Notes: generated by a model from the letters alone, not told the origin. A DNA stretch of 64,000 nucleotides from Rhodobiaceae bacterium (GCA_009885825.1 VFJY01000046.1:13409-77408), one strand, 5' to 3'; counted from the stretch's first letter, positions 20,365 through 30,276 are shown. Made by a program: numbers and translations.

Positions 20365-22044
20365 TTGAACCCAGGCACACTTGTTATTGTCAATCTTCTG
20401 GGGGGCATTGCTCTTCTCCTCTGGGGCGTTCGCATGGTTCGCACTGGCGTCATGCGGGCCTGGGGAGACCGCCTCAAGCTGTTCATTGAACATCGCCTGG
20501 GAAACCGCATGTCAGCCTTTTTTGCAGGCGCCACCGCAACCGCTATTCTGGGCAGCGGAACAGCGACAACTCTTATCGTGGCGGGCATTGCGGCCAGCGG
20601 AGCCATCGGAACATCGCTGGGCCTGGCAGTGCTGCTCGGCGCTGATGTGGGATCTGCCATTGTATCTGCGCTTTTTGCGTCGGGCAGTTCGTTTGCCCTG
20701 TGGGCTTCCCCGGTTTTGATATTTTTGGGTTATGTGACATTCAGCGTTTCGCGCGAGTACAAGCCGCACAGCATTGGGCGCATGATGATTGGCATCGGCC
20801 TGATGCTGATGGCCCTCAAGCTCATTTCAGTTGCGACAGCGCCTTTACGGGAAACCAGTCTCTTTCACGACGTGTTGGCCGCAATTGGCCAGGAACCATT
20901 GCTGGCCTTTTTCACTGGCGCCGTGATGGCGTGGGGGTTTCATTCGACGCTCGCGGTCATCTTGCTCATTGCCCTGTTTGTCGCCAATGGCAGCCTGGAG
21001 CTGGTCGGCGCATTCGGATTTATTTTGGGACTGAATTTCGGTGGCGGCCTGCCTGCGATCACCTCCACACTGGCCTTGCCACCCGCCGGGCGCCGCTTGC
21101 CGGTGGCCAACCTTCTGTGCCGGGGGGTGGCCTCGCTCATTGGGTTGTCGTTTGTTCAGCGCATTTCAGGTCTCGCCCTGCTTGCTCCCATGGACCCGGT
21201 AGCCGTGGCGCTGGCCTTTCACGCTGCTTTCAACGTGGCTGTTGGCTTGCTTTTCCTGCCGCTTACCGGTTGGGTTGGAAAGCTTTCGGCAAAACTGGTG
21301 CCTGACGAAAAGCTCGAGGCAGATCAAATCGCAACGCCCCGCTACCTTGACCTCAAATCGCTGGAGTCACCCTCAGTTGCCCTTTCCAACGCGCTTCTCG
21401 AAACCGTGCGCATGAGCGAGGTTCTCAACCGCATGTTTGACACGGCCCTTTCAGCCTTGCGCAGCAAGAGCACCGAAACGCTCAAGCTGCTCAAGGCGCT
21501 GGACGAACGGTTGAACACCTTTCAAACCGCAATCCAGTCCTATCTTGTCGAACTGACGCAAACGCAGCTCAGCGCCGTGGAGGCTCGCCGCTCCTTGGAG
21601 ATAACCCTCTACGTCAGCAACCTGGAACATGCTGGCGACATCATCCATCTCAACCTGTCCGACCGGATAAAAGCCAGAGCCAAGGAAAGCATCGAGTTCA
21701 GCATTGAAGAGCAGTCAGCCTTGGACAATCTCTGCCTGATCATTCACGATAACATCAGGCTGGCCACTGGCGTTCTCAGTTCGGGCGACGTTGATGGGGC
21801 CAAAAGGCTGATCGCGCAGAAGGATGCCTTTCGCAAGCTCGAGAATGCGGTTTTGGACGAGCACTTCAGAAGCGACAAGCAGGCCAAGCGCGGGGCGCTC
21901 CGGCGAAGCGCGCTTTATGTCGACATGATCAGGGATCTGCACCGCATAAATTCACATATTGTATCGGCGGGCTATCCCATCGTTGAAGCGGCGGGATTGC
22001 TGCGTGGTTCGCGCTTGCGAAACGAGGCAAAGACCTCACAATGA
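20365..22044 (+). CDS. Na/Pi cotransporter family protein with C-terminal PhoU-like domain
   Basis: Repeated LGADVG / LGLNFG hairpin motifs, many TMs, helical C-terminus LEHAGD...HRINSH; TTG start. Confidence 0.9.
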   Translation: MNPGTLVIVNLLGGIALLLWGVRMVRTGVMRAWGDRLKLFIEHRLGNRMSAFFAGATATAILGSGTATTLIVAGIAASGAIGTSLGLAVLLGADVGSAIVSALFASGSSFALWASPVLIFLGYVTFSVSREYKPHSIGRMMIGIGLMLMALKLISVATAPLRETSLFHDVLAAIGQEPLLAFFTGAVMAWGFHSTLAVILLIALFVANGSLELVGAFGFILGLNFGGGLPAITSTLALPPAGRRLPVANLLCRGVASLIGLSFVQRISGLALLAPMDPVAVALAFHAAFNVAVGLLFLPLTGWVGKLSAKLVPDEKLEADQIATPRYLDLKSLESPSVALSNALLETVRMSEVLNRMFDTALSALRSKSTETLKLLKALDERLNTFQTAIQSYLVELTQTQLSAVEARRSLEITLYVSNLEHAGDIIHLNLSDRIKARAKESIEFSIEEQSALDNLCLIIHDNIRLATGVLSSGDVDGAKRLIAQKDAFRKLENAVLDEHFRSDKQAKRGALRRSALYVDMIRDLHRINSHIVSAGYPIVEAAGLLRGSRLRNEAKTSQ

Positions 22045-22826
22045 AATTTGTGCACGTCACCGATCTCCATCTTGTGCCTCCTTCGCAAAAGCTCTGGGGA
22101 CTTGACCCGCTTGAGCGCTTCGATCTTTGCCTCAAGGACATCGAGCGCCATCACGGGGATGCTGCGTTCTGCGCCATAACTGGCGATCTGGCCGAACGCG
22201 GAGAAATTGCGGCCTATGAGGCCCTGAAAGAACGCCTGGCCAGTTTTTCCATTCCCACCCATCTCATGCTTGGCAATCATGACGACCGCACCAACTATTT
22301 GAAGGTGTTTGGCGGTTCCCCGCAAGGAACCTTGAGGAAAAACAACAGCCATTTCATGTTTCTGGATACGCTGAAGGGCGGCCCCTCCTCTGCTGGCCTT
22401 TATGATGCGCCCCGGCGCGAATGGTTGAACGCACGATTGGCGGAAGCCAATGGCGACCCCATACATATCTTCATGCACCACCCGCCTTTCGACATTCATC
22501 ATGAGCTCATGGATTTGATCAAGCTCAAGGATGGCGAAGGCTTTGGTGACTTGCTGAAAGGCCACAATGTCCGCCACATGTTTTTCGGCCACGCGCATCG
22601 CTCAATTTCCGGCCAATGGCGCGGCATTTCGTTTTCAGCGCTGCCCAGCCTCAATCACCAATTGCCACTGGTGGGCGGATCGGTGCCCACGGTTTATAGC
22701 AACGAACCGCCGATGTATTCGGTGGTGCATTTGAACGACGGGCAAATCACGGTGCATTCCGACGCGTTCATGCATCGGGCTCCAGCTGAAATGCCGCGCG
22801 ATGCGGAGCGCGGGGACTGGAGTTAA
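22041..22826 (+). CDS. Metallophosphoesterase (CpdA/GpdQ-like phosphodiesterase)
   Basis: TDLH, TGDL, GNHD, MHHPP and GHAH calcineurin-like motifs. Confidence 0.92.
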   Translation: MKFVHVTDLHLVPPSQKLWGLDPLERFDLCLKDIERHHGDAAFCAITGDLAERGEIAAYEALKERLASFSIPTHLMLGNHDDRTNYLKVFGGSPQGTLRKNNSHFMFLDTLKGGPSSAGLYDAPRREWLNARLAEANGDPIHIFMHHPPFDIHHELMDLIKLKDGEGFGDLLKGHNVRHMFFGHAHRSISGQWRGISFSALPSLNHQLPLVGGSVPTVYSNEPPMYSVVHLNDGQITVHSDAFMHRAPAEMPRDAERGDWS

Positions 22827-22828
22827 CG

Positions 22829-23929
22829 TTAAACCTCAGACTTCCGATACTTCGCGGCGTCAAGCCACTTCGGGTTGATGTCGATGCCCCAGCCTGGACC
22901 GTCCGGGATTTGCACGTGGCCATCTCTTGTGACGATATCCTGCAGGAACAGACCCTGCTGCCAGGGGTAGTAATCCTCGCCCTCAATGGAAAATTCCAGA
23001 TAGGGGCCGGCGTTGGGAATAGCGCCCAAAAGGTGCAGCGTGAAAATTGACACCATGGAAAGATTGGCCGCATGGGGCGTCACCGGCAGGCCGGCTTGCC
23101 TTGCCATCTCCACAACTTTCAACGTGCGGCAGATGCCACCGAGATAGCAGATGTCGGGTTGGGCCACATCAACGGCGCGCATATCCATGGCGAATTTCCA
23201 CAGAGCGAGATCGCAATCCTGCTCGCCGCCCGTCACATCAAGAGAGAGCGTGTCGGTCACTTCCTTGGTCCAGTCATACTCCCAATAGGGGCAAGGCTCT
23301 TCAAAATGGGCGACGCCGTATTGTTCCAGCATGCGGCCCACTTCGATGGCTTTTTTAGGCGTATAGCCACTGTTGGCATCCACTAGCAGGATGGCGTTGC
23401 CGCCAAGCGCCTCCCTGACCATGGGCACAATCTTGTCCGTGCGGCCCGGCCATTCATCTTCATCATGGCCGCATTCCTTGCCCACACGGAACTTGAAGGC
23501 CTTGTAGCCATACGTGTCCTGAAGGCGCTTCAGCCGCACTGCTTCATCTTCCGGAGTGATTTCTCCGCGCTTCATGCTGGAGGCATAGGCTGGAAACGGC
23601 CGGGGTTTGCCGCCGAGCAACTCGCAAACGCTTTTTCCTTCGATCTTGCCGCGCATGTCCCACAGGGCCGTGTCTATCCCCGTGATTGCACGCATCAGAT
23701 AGGAGCCGGGGAACTTGTGCTCGCGCTCGGGGATCAACGTCACCAGTGCTTCTATATCAAGCGCATCAGCACCGAGGCTCCAGCGCGCCACCTGACGGTG
23801 AAAAATATCGCAAGTGATGTCGGCGTTGTAGGTTGAGACTTGGCCCCAGCCCTGGCTCCCGTCGTCCGCAGTCACCCGCACGAAACCCACGTACTGGGTG
23901 CAGAACGTTTCGAGAGACTTTATTTTCAT
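22829..23929 (-). CDS. Mandelate racemase/muconate lactonizing enzyme (enolase superfamily) protein
   Basis: IDTALWD, KFR, DAN...EEP...GEQ metal ligands, PH near C-terminus. Confidence 0.92.
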   Translation of the reverse strand: MKIKSLETFCTQYVGFVRVTADDGSQGWGQVSTYNADITCDIFHRQVARWSLGADALDIEALVTLIPEREHKFPGSYLMRAITGIDTALWDMRGKIEGKSVCELLGGKPRPFPAYASSMKRGEITPEDEAVRLKRLQDTYGYKAFKFRVGKECGHDEDEWPGRTDKIVPMVREALGGNAILLVDANSGYTPKKAIEVGRMLEQYGVAHFEEPCPYWEYDWTKEVTDTLSLDVTGGEQDCDLALWKFAMDMRAVDVAQPDICYLGGICRTLKVVEMARQAGLPVTPHAANLSMVSIFTLHLLGAIPNAGPYLEFSIEGEDYYPWQQGLFLQDIVTRDGHVQIPDGPGWGIDINPKWLDAAKYRKSEV

Positions 23930-24750
23930 TCCTTTGTGGCGGCTGCATCCAGCGCCTGCTGCCGGATCTGCTCGCGGCGGCGTTTGATTTCATAAGCAAA
24001 TGCTGCGACAATTGTAAACAATATCAGTATAAGCGCCAGGGCATTGATCGTCGGAGTAATGCCTGAGCGTATTTTCGAACCCACGTAGACAGTCAGCGTA
24101 TCGGAATTGCCACGTGTGAACAACGTTACGTTGAAATTTTCAGCCGACTGGAAAAACGCGATCAAGGCCCCTGCCCCGATGGCTGGATAGAGATGCGGAA
24201 TGAGAATGCGGCGCATGACCTGCGCATGCGAAGCGCCCAAATCCATGGCGGCTTCCTCAAGGCCAAAATCAAAACTCTGCAACCTCGCCAGAACCAGCAG
24301 CATGACATAGGCCGCGATAAATGAGACCTGCCCCAAAATCGAAAGGTGCAGGCCTGCCGGAACGTTGAACTGGTTCCAAAACAACAGGGTTGATATGCCG
24401 ATAACAGCGCCAGGCGTCAGGATTGGCGCTACCATGAAACCATAAAGGAATGAGCGCGTCCGGGCTTGCACACTGTTGATGAGAATAGCCGCCGCTGTGC
24501 CGATGGGAACCGATATTGCAACGACGGCGAGACCGACAAGAATTGTGTTGCGGGCGGAACCCCACATGCGTTCGTCGGTCCAGAGATCAACAAACCAGCG
24601 ATCCGTCAGGCCCATCCAGGGATAGATCGAAGGAAACTTGGTATCGTTGAATGCAGCGCCACCCATGATGACCAGCGGCAGCAGCATGAAGGCCAGAAAA
24701 ATAACGATATAGGCCCGGATCAGAAACGCGCCAAAAGCTTTGGATGTCAT
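23926..24750 (-). CDS. ABC transporter permease, PotC-like
   Basis: LEEAAMDLGA EAA loop; start set at ATG 24750 behind GAGGG. Confidence 0.9.
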   Translation of the reverse strand: MTSKAFGAFLIRAYIVIFLAFMLLPLVIMGGAAFNDTKFPSIYPWMGLTDRWFVDLWTDERMWGSARNTILVGLAVVAISVPIGTAAAILINSVQARTRSFLYGFMVAPILTPGAVIGISTLLFWNQFNVPAGLHLSILGQVSFIAAYVMLLVLARLQSFDFGLEEAAMDLGASHAQVMRRILIPHLYPAIGAGALIAFFQSAENFNVTLFTRGNSDTLTVYVGSKIRSGITPTINALALILILFTIVAAFAYEIKRRREQIRQQALDAAATKE

Positions 24751-24760
24751 GACGCCGCCC

Positions 24761-25645
24761 TCACTTCGCAATGTCCACGAGGCGCACGTTCAGCACCCGC
24801 ATGACGATGCTCACGAACAGGATGCAAAGCACCAGCAGCAGGAACGCATAAGCGGAGCCCACATTCCAATCCAGCCCTTCAAACATCCACTGCTGAATGA
24901 TTTCTGTGAACCAGCGGGAGTTGGGCGCGGCCAACGTGCTGGGCACGATCACGGAGCCGGCGCACAGCATGAATACCATCACGCAGCCCGAAGCGATTCC
25001 GGGCTTGGCATGGGGAATGACCACGCGCCAGTGGGTGCGCCAAAGCGGCGCGCCGAGGTCTTCGGAGGCTTCGATCTGGTTGGAATCCAGCGAGGAAATG
25101 GCGTTGTAGACTGGGAACAGCATGAACAGGATGTAGGAGTAGATCAGGCCGATGATCACGCCGTTGAACCCCGAAATCCAGCGTATGGGTTTGCCGATAA
25201 TTCCGATGCCCAGCAGCAAAGCGTTCAACGGACCCTGGAAAGACAGGATGATAAACCAGGCGAAGGAACGCAGAATTTCGCTGACCCAAAGTGGAATGAG
25301 CAGCAGAAGAAATATTGTCGGAGCATTCTCAATCCGAATGACCTTTGCCAGATAAAAGGCTACCGGGTAACTCATGCAAAGGCAAAGCAGCGTAACCAGA
25401 CTGCTGTAAATTATCGTTTGAAAAAATATGCGGATATGAATGGGGCTGTAAATAAAAGTCTCGTAATTCTTCAGCGAATAAACATCCAGCGGCCCGCCAA
25501 GTTGGTCAACCGGCAGGTAGGATTCGAACGAGAATTCAAATAATACGATGTTGGGAATAATCACCAGCGCCAGCAGCCAGAATGCCGTCAGCAGGATCAT
25601 GATCAAGGTGAGCAATTTGCCATATCTGCGGTAAAGCTCGCTCAT
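24761..25645 (-). CDS. ABC transporter permease, PotB-like
   Basis: YPVAFYLA, IEASEDLGA EAA loop, GSAYAF. Confidence 0.92.
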   Translation of the reverse strand: MSELYRRYGKLLTLIMILLTAFWLLALVIIPNIVLFEFSFESYLPVDQLGGPLDVYSLKNYETFIYSPIHIRIFFQTIIYSSLVTLLCLCMSYPVAFYLAKVIRIENAPTIFLLLLIPLWVSEILRSFAWFIILSFQGPLNALLLGIGIIGKPIRWISGFNGVIIGLIYSYILFMLFPVYNAISSLDSNQIEASEDLGAPLWRTHWRVVIPHAKPGIASGCVMVFMLCAGSVIVPSTLAAPNSRWFTEIIQQWMFEGLDWNVGSAYAFLLLVLCILFVSIVMRVLNVRLVDIAK

Positions 25646-25648
25646 GGC

Positions 25649-26743
25649 CTAGCTCTGGCTTGAGGTTGCGGCGGCTGCCAGGACAACGGCGTGTTCCGGG
25701 GCGAACACCATGTGCATTTTTGAGCCATTCGCCGGCAGCGCGATATTCGGATCGTTCTGCGCCTGGATCATGTGTGTGCCCCCCAGCCTGTCGCGCACGA
25801 AGATGTTCACAAAATTGCCCTCAAACGCCACGTCGCCCACTTCAACTGGAACGCTGTTGGCCTTGGGCGCCGTCGTTTTTTGCAACGCCGTGTGCTCGGG
25901 GCGCACATAGATTTTTGCTTTGGACCCGGCCGCAACACCTTTGCCGAGTCTTGTTTCAAAATTTCCAAGAGCCGTCGCAAAACTTGCGACACCAGCCTTG
26001 ACGGACTTCACAGTGCCTTCAAAAATATTGTTCTCGCCAACAAAGGAAGCCACAAAGCCATTGGCCGGATTGTTGTAGATCTCCATCGGCGTCCCTACCT
26101 GCTGGAGAATGCCCTGCGACATGACGCCAACACGGTCTGACATGGCCAAGGCTTCGCCCTGATCATGGGTGATGTAGATGAAAGTAACGCCTGTGCGTTT
26201 TTGAATGGCGCGGAGTTCGGCCCGCATATGCTGTCTGAGTTTCAAGTCGAGCGCCGAAAGCGGCTCGTCAAGCAGCATCACCTTTGGCTCAACGGCAAGT
26301 GCGCGGGCAATGGCCACGCGCTGCTTCTGGCCGCCGCTGAGCTGGCTGATCTTCTTATCGGCTGAGTCATAGAGTTCAACCAGATTCAGGAGTTCCTCGG
26401 CCTTGGCGCGGCGTGTCGCTTTGTCAACGCCGCGAACTTCCAGTCCGAAAGAAATATTCTCCCAGACGGGCATGAGCGGAAAAAGCGCCAGGTTCTGAAA
26501 TATCAGGGCAGTCGGCCGGGCATTCGGCCTGATGCCGATCATGTCGACGCCACCAATTTTTACGGCGCCCTCGGTTGGGTCCATAAAGCCCGAAATCAGG
26601 CGGAGGATGGTGGTTTTCCCACACCCCGAAGGCCCGAGAAACGAAAAGAACTCGCCCGCCTTGATCGTGACGTCAACCTTGTTGACGGCCCGAAACTGGG
26701 CGAAATCCATCGAGACTTTGGACAATTCTACCGCTTCGCTCAT
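25649..26743 (-). CDS. ABC transporter ATP-binding protein, PotA-like
   Basis: GPSGCGKTT, LSGGQKQRVAIARAL, DEPLSALD, C-terminal TOBE-like region. Confidence 0.94.
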   Translation of the reverse strand: MSEAVELSKVSMDFAQFRAVNKVDVTIKAGEFFSFLGPSGCGKTTILRLISGFMDPTEGAVKIGGVDMIGIRPNARPTALIFQNLALFPLMPVWENISFGLEVRGVDKATRRAKAEELLNLVELYDSADKKISQLSGGQKQRVAIARALAVEPKVMLLDEPLSALDLKLRQHMRAELRAIQKRTGVTFIYITHDQGEALAMSDRVGVMSQGILQQVGTPMEIYNNPANGFVASFVGENNIFEGTVKSVKAGVASFATALGNFETRLGKGVAAGSKAKIYVRPEHTALQKTTAPKANSVPVEVGDVAFEGNFVNIFVRDRLGGTHMIQAQNDPNIALPANGSKMHMVFAPEHAVVLAAAATSSQS

Positions 26744-26786
26744 CTTCCCCGCTACCCACCCTTAGCTGATGACCGGACTATGTAAC

Positions 26787-26817
26787 AAAAAAACGACGGG
26801 CGCTAGTCACCCGTCGT
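26787..26817 (-). terminator. Intrinsic terminator / stabilising hairpin after the SBP gene
   Basis: ACGACGGG-N9-CCCGTCGT stem followed by a 7-U run on the minus strand. Confidence 0.75.
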
Positions 26818-26833
26818 CTCAGATTTAACGTGA

Positions 26834-27991
26834 TTATGCCGCGATGAACTTGTCGGCGTATTCAGCGCGCAGCTTCAGGAATGAGCTGGTTTGAGTTGGC
26901 CACCACCACAGCTTTGATGACGCGTCGCCGGGGAAGGCGTCAGCATAGAATTTCGCCACCGCTGGATCGAGCAATTCAATGCTACCCTTGGCAACCGGAT
27001 TGGCCGAATAAACCTTGGCCATTGAGGCCGCGCCCTCGGGGGTTAGAACGAACTTGACCCATTCATGGCCCTGCTCAATATTTTTGGCATTGATCATGAG
27101 CATATAGCCCTGATTCCAGGCGATAGCGCCTTCCTTGGGGGCGATATAGCCGTAAGGACCTTCTTTGCCCATGTTAAAGCCGGTCGAATCCCAGCAATGG
27201 CCAAGCACGCAGCCGTTGGTGCGGAAGGCCGCCTGCGCTTCGTTTTCTCCCTTCCAGAACTGGGCAATGTTGCCCTTGTGCTTGACAGCTTCGGCAAGGA
27301 TCACGTCCCAGATTTCCTTCATGGCTTCGTCGTTCTTGTAGCCTTCAAGGAATGGCTTTGGCAGCTTACCTTCCGCATCTAGGACGCGGCCCAGTGTTGC
27401 AAGCGCGGAATGAGCGCGAACGGTGACTTTGCCTTCGAGATTTGGACCCCAGAGGTCAGCCAGGCTGGCCTTGCCATACTCAAGTGGGAAAAGCTCCTTG
27501 TGGAACACCAGCGCTTCCGTGCCCCATACGCCAGGCACAAAATAACGCTTGCCATCGACCTGCGCCATTTCGCCGGCTAGGCCATCCGCCATGCCAGGCA
27601 GATAATTATCCATCGGGAATTTGGCGGTATCCCATGGCTGGACCAAGCCATTTTCAACATAGGATTGCGTGCGATCAACAACAGGCTCGATCACGTCGAA
27701 AGCGCCGGTCTGCAGCGAAAGCTTGGCCTGGGCAAAAATAGTGTCGTTGTCTGGCTGCTCGGTGAAGTTCACCTTGATGCCGGTAGCACCGGTAAATGCT
27801 TCAATGAACGGCTTATAGTCATAGCCAGCCCAGCCCATGTAGTTCATCTCACCCGAAGACGAGAAAGCGTTCTTCACGTAGATGGGGCTGGCGAAGCCGA
27901 CGGCGCCGAGGGCGACGCTGGCTTTGAGTAGCGAGCGGCGTGAAATCATCGCCGAGCGCATGGTTTCCTGTGTAGATGTCAGTTTTTTCAT
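26834..27991 (-). CDS. PotD/PotF-family substrate-binding protein with Tat signal
   Basis: SRRSLLK twin-arginine motif; WAGY, WGTE, WD and PKEG motifs. Confidence 0.9.
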   Translation of the reverse strand: MKKLTSTQETMRSAMISRRSLLKASVALGAVGFASPIYVKNAFSSSGEMNYMGWAGYDYKPFIEAFTGATGIKVNFTEQPDNDTIFAQAKLSLQTGAFDVIEPVVDRTQSYVENGLVQPWDTAKFPMDNYLPGMADGLAGEMAQVDGKRYFVPGVWGTEALVFHKELFPLEYGKASLADLWGPNLEGKVTVRAHSALATLGRVLDAEGKLPKPFLEGYKNDEAMKEIWDVILAEAVKHKGNIAQFWKGENEAQAAFRTNGCVLGHCWDSTGFNMGKEGPYGYIAPKEGAIAWNQGYMLMINAKNIEQGHEWVKFVLTPEGAASMAKVYSANPVAKGSIELLDPAVAKFYADAFPGDASSKLWWWPTQTSSFLKLRAEYADKFIAA

Positions 27992-28089
27992 TTTGATTTT
28001 CCTTTGGCATTCGGGGCGGAATGCCCCCTGTTTTCCTCAAAATCCTTACGTCCGGTTTGTTCCGGCCTCTTCACTAATTTCAGCGTAGT

Positions 28090-28107
28090 ATGACAATGGC
28101 GTGACAA
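28090..28107 (-). promoter_or_regulatory. PHO-box-like direct repeat
   Basis: Minus strand TTGTCAC-GCCA-TTGTCAT (7-4-7) versus PhoB consensus CTGTCAT-N4-CTGTCAT; ~100 nt upstream of the SBP start. Confidence 0.5.
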
Positions 28108-28218
28108 TCTGGCAATGGCCTTGTTGGCTGGCCCGATGACCTTAATGCTGCTGGCTCCATGGCTCGCGTTCGGATTTCAATTGCTGTAGGACTGGCTCGA
28201 ACCACAATGGAGAGCCAA

Positions 28219-29430
28219 ATGCCCGGACCACTGTCCAATATTCGTGTTCTTGATCTCACGCGGGTATTGGCGGGGCCATGGGCCACACAAATGCTGGCGG
28301 ATCTTGGCGCCGAGGTGATCAAGATTGAAAAACCCGGCGAGGGCGATGATACGCGGGGCTGGGGGCCGCCCTTCATCAGGAACGCCGACGGCGGCAACGG
28401 CGACGCGGCCTATTTCCTTTCCGCCAATCGCGGCAAAACCTCGGTGTGCATTGATATGGCCGAGCCCGAGGGTCAGAAGCTCATCCGCGATCTGGCGGCC
28501 AAATCCGATGTGGTGATTGAAAATTTCAAGGTGGGTGGCTTGAAGAAGTATGGGTTGGATTACAACAGCCTGAAACATTTCAATCCCAAGCTCATCTATT
28601 GCTCCATAACAGGCTTTGGCCAGGATGGCCCCTATGCCCGGCGCGCCGGTTATGATTTCATGATCCAGGGCATGGCCGGTTCCATGTCGATCACCGGTGA
28701 GCCTGACGGGCCACCCATGAAAAGTGGGGTTGCTTACGCCGATATTTTTACCGGCCTGCACGCCGTTATTGGCATAACCTCCGCCCTTTATCACCGGGAG
28801 CGGACGGGCGTTGGTCAATATCTTGATTTGTCGCTGCTCGACTCGCAGGTTGCGGTTCTCGCCAATCAAGCGTCCAATTATCTTGTGGGCGGCAAGGTGC
28901 CTGGCCGCCTTGGCAATGCGCATCCCAATATCGTTCCCTACCAGACATTCGAAACCGCTGATGGCCACATGATCGTTGCGGTCGGCAATGACCGTCAGTT
29001 CACGGAGTTCTGCGCGATCATTGGCGCTGCTGAACTGGCCAGGGACAGCCGCTTCGAAACCAATCAGGGCCGCGTGGAAAACCGCGCGCAGCTTGTTCCG
29101 TTGCTCACAGGCCCTATGAAAACCCGCGCAACTTCGGAGTGGATAGCGGCATTTGAGGCTGCATCTGTCCCCTGCGGTCCCATCAACACCATCACCCAGA
29201 TGTTCGCCGACCCGCAAGTTCTGGCGCGGGGCCTGCAAATCGGGCTGACCAGTGAAGACGGCGTTCAGATCCCGGGCGTAGCCAACCCCATCCGGTTTTC
29301 CGAAACGCCCGTGGAATATGACAAACCGCCGCCGAAGCTGGGAAATGGAACGGAGCGGGTGCTGGCGGACGTGCTGGAACTTTCAGACAGTAGAATTGCC
29401 AATTTGCGCGCGGTTGGCGTTATTGAATAG
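28219..29430 (+). CDS. CaiB/BaiF family III CoA-transferase
   Basis: VLDLTRVLAGPWATQMLADLGAEVIKIE, GDDTR, NRGK, GYDF; ATG 28219 behind GGAGAG. Confidence 0.94.
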   Translation: MPGPLSNIRVLDLTRVLAGPWATQMLADLGAEVIKIEKPGEGDDTRGWGPPFIRNADGGNGDAAYFLSANRGKTSVCIDMAEPEGQKLIRDLAAKSDVVIENFKVGGLKKYGLDYNSLKHFNPKLIYCSITGFGQDGPYARRAGYDFMIQGMAGSMSITGEPDGPPMKSGVAYADIFTGLHAVIGITSALYHRERTGVGQYLDLSLLDSQVAVLANQASNYLVGGKVPGRLGNAHPNIVPYQTFETADGHMIVAVGNDRQFTEFCAIIGAAELARDSRFETNQGRVENRAQLVPLLTGPMKTRATSEWIAAFEAASVPCGPINTITQMFADPQVLARGLQIGLTSEDGVQIPGVANPIRFSETPVEYDKPPPKLGNGTERVLADVLELSDSRIANLRAVGVIE

Positions 29431-29486
29431 GTCTAATTTTCCATCCGGCTTTTGGCTGCCCTTTTCCGTCAGAAGGCTCACCAGTT

Positions 29487-30257
29487 CTATTCGCCCATAG
29501 CTTCGACGATCTTTTTTGCCGTTTCAGCGCCGGAGAAATTCTGCTGGCCCGTTACCAGATTGCCGTCGCGCACTGCGAAGCTGCGCCAGAGGCCCGCCTG
29601 GATAAAATTGGCGCCGAGCTTCTTGAGTTCGTCCTCGATACGCCAGGGCATCACATGCTTGTCGCGCGGCAAAAGTCCCATGCCCCAGACCGCATTGTCG
29701 GCAAAGTCTTCCTCGACATTGGCAAAGCCAGTCACTGTCTTGCCTTTGACAAGAAGTTCACCATTTGAAAGCTTGGCGTATCTGAGAATGGCAGTGCCGT
29801 GGCAGAGAGCTGCGGCAACCTTGCCTGCCTCATAAAACTCTGAGAATTTCTTCTGCAAGTCTTTGGCTTTGTCAAAGTTGAACATTGGCGCCTGACCGCC
29901 GGCCACGACAATTGCGTCATAATTTGCCACCTTGAGATCGGCAATCCTGGCTGTGTTCTCGATTTTTGAGGCAAGTTCAGGCGTGGCGATGAAGCCCATG
30001 CTGATGAGATCGGTTGTTGAGTATCTCGAGGGGTCGCGCGGATCGCTCATCGCATCCGCTTCGCACTTGCCACCGTCTGGTGAAAAGATTTCCACATCAT
30101 ATCCTTGCTCGGCGAAAGCATAGTAGGGGTGCGAAAGTTCTGCCCACCAAAAGCCAACGGGCCAACCCGTGGTTGTTGAAGTTGCCGGGTTGGCGATGAC
30201 GATGGCCACGCGCTTACGGTGCTTGGCGTCGACAGTGTTTGGATCACGAAGGCTCAT
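29487..30257 (-). CDS. DJ-1/PfpI (class I glutamine amidotransferase-like) protein
   Basis: GFWWAELSHPY (Glu), AGGQAPM, ALCHG nucleophile elbow, LVTGQQ. Confidence 0.92.
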   Translation of the reverse strand: MSLRDPNTVDAKHRKRVAIVIANPATSTTTGWPVGFWWAELSHPYYAFAEQGYDVEIFSPDGGKCEADAMSDPRDPSRYSTTDLISMGFIATPELASKIENTARIADLKVANYDAIVVAGGQAPMFNFDKAKDLQKKFSEFYEAGKVAAALCHGTAILRYAKLSNGELLVKGKTVTGFANVEEDFADNAVWGMGLLPRDKHVMPWRIEDELKKLGANFIQAGLWRSFAVRDGNLVTGQQNFSGAETAKKIVEAMGE

Positions 30258-30276
30258 TCAATTCTCCTTTTTTCTA

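Noticed and set aside
28177-29238. 353-aa minus-strand ORF
   Set aside because: Antisense shadow of the CoA-transferase with no motifs.
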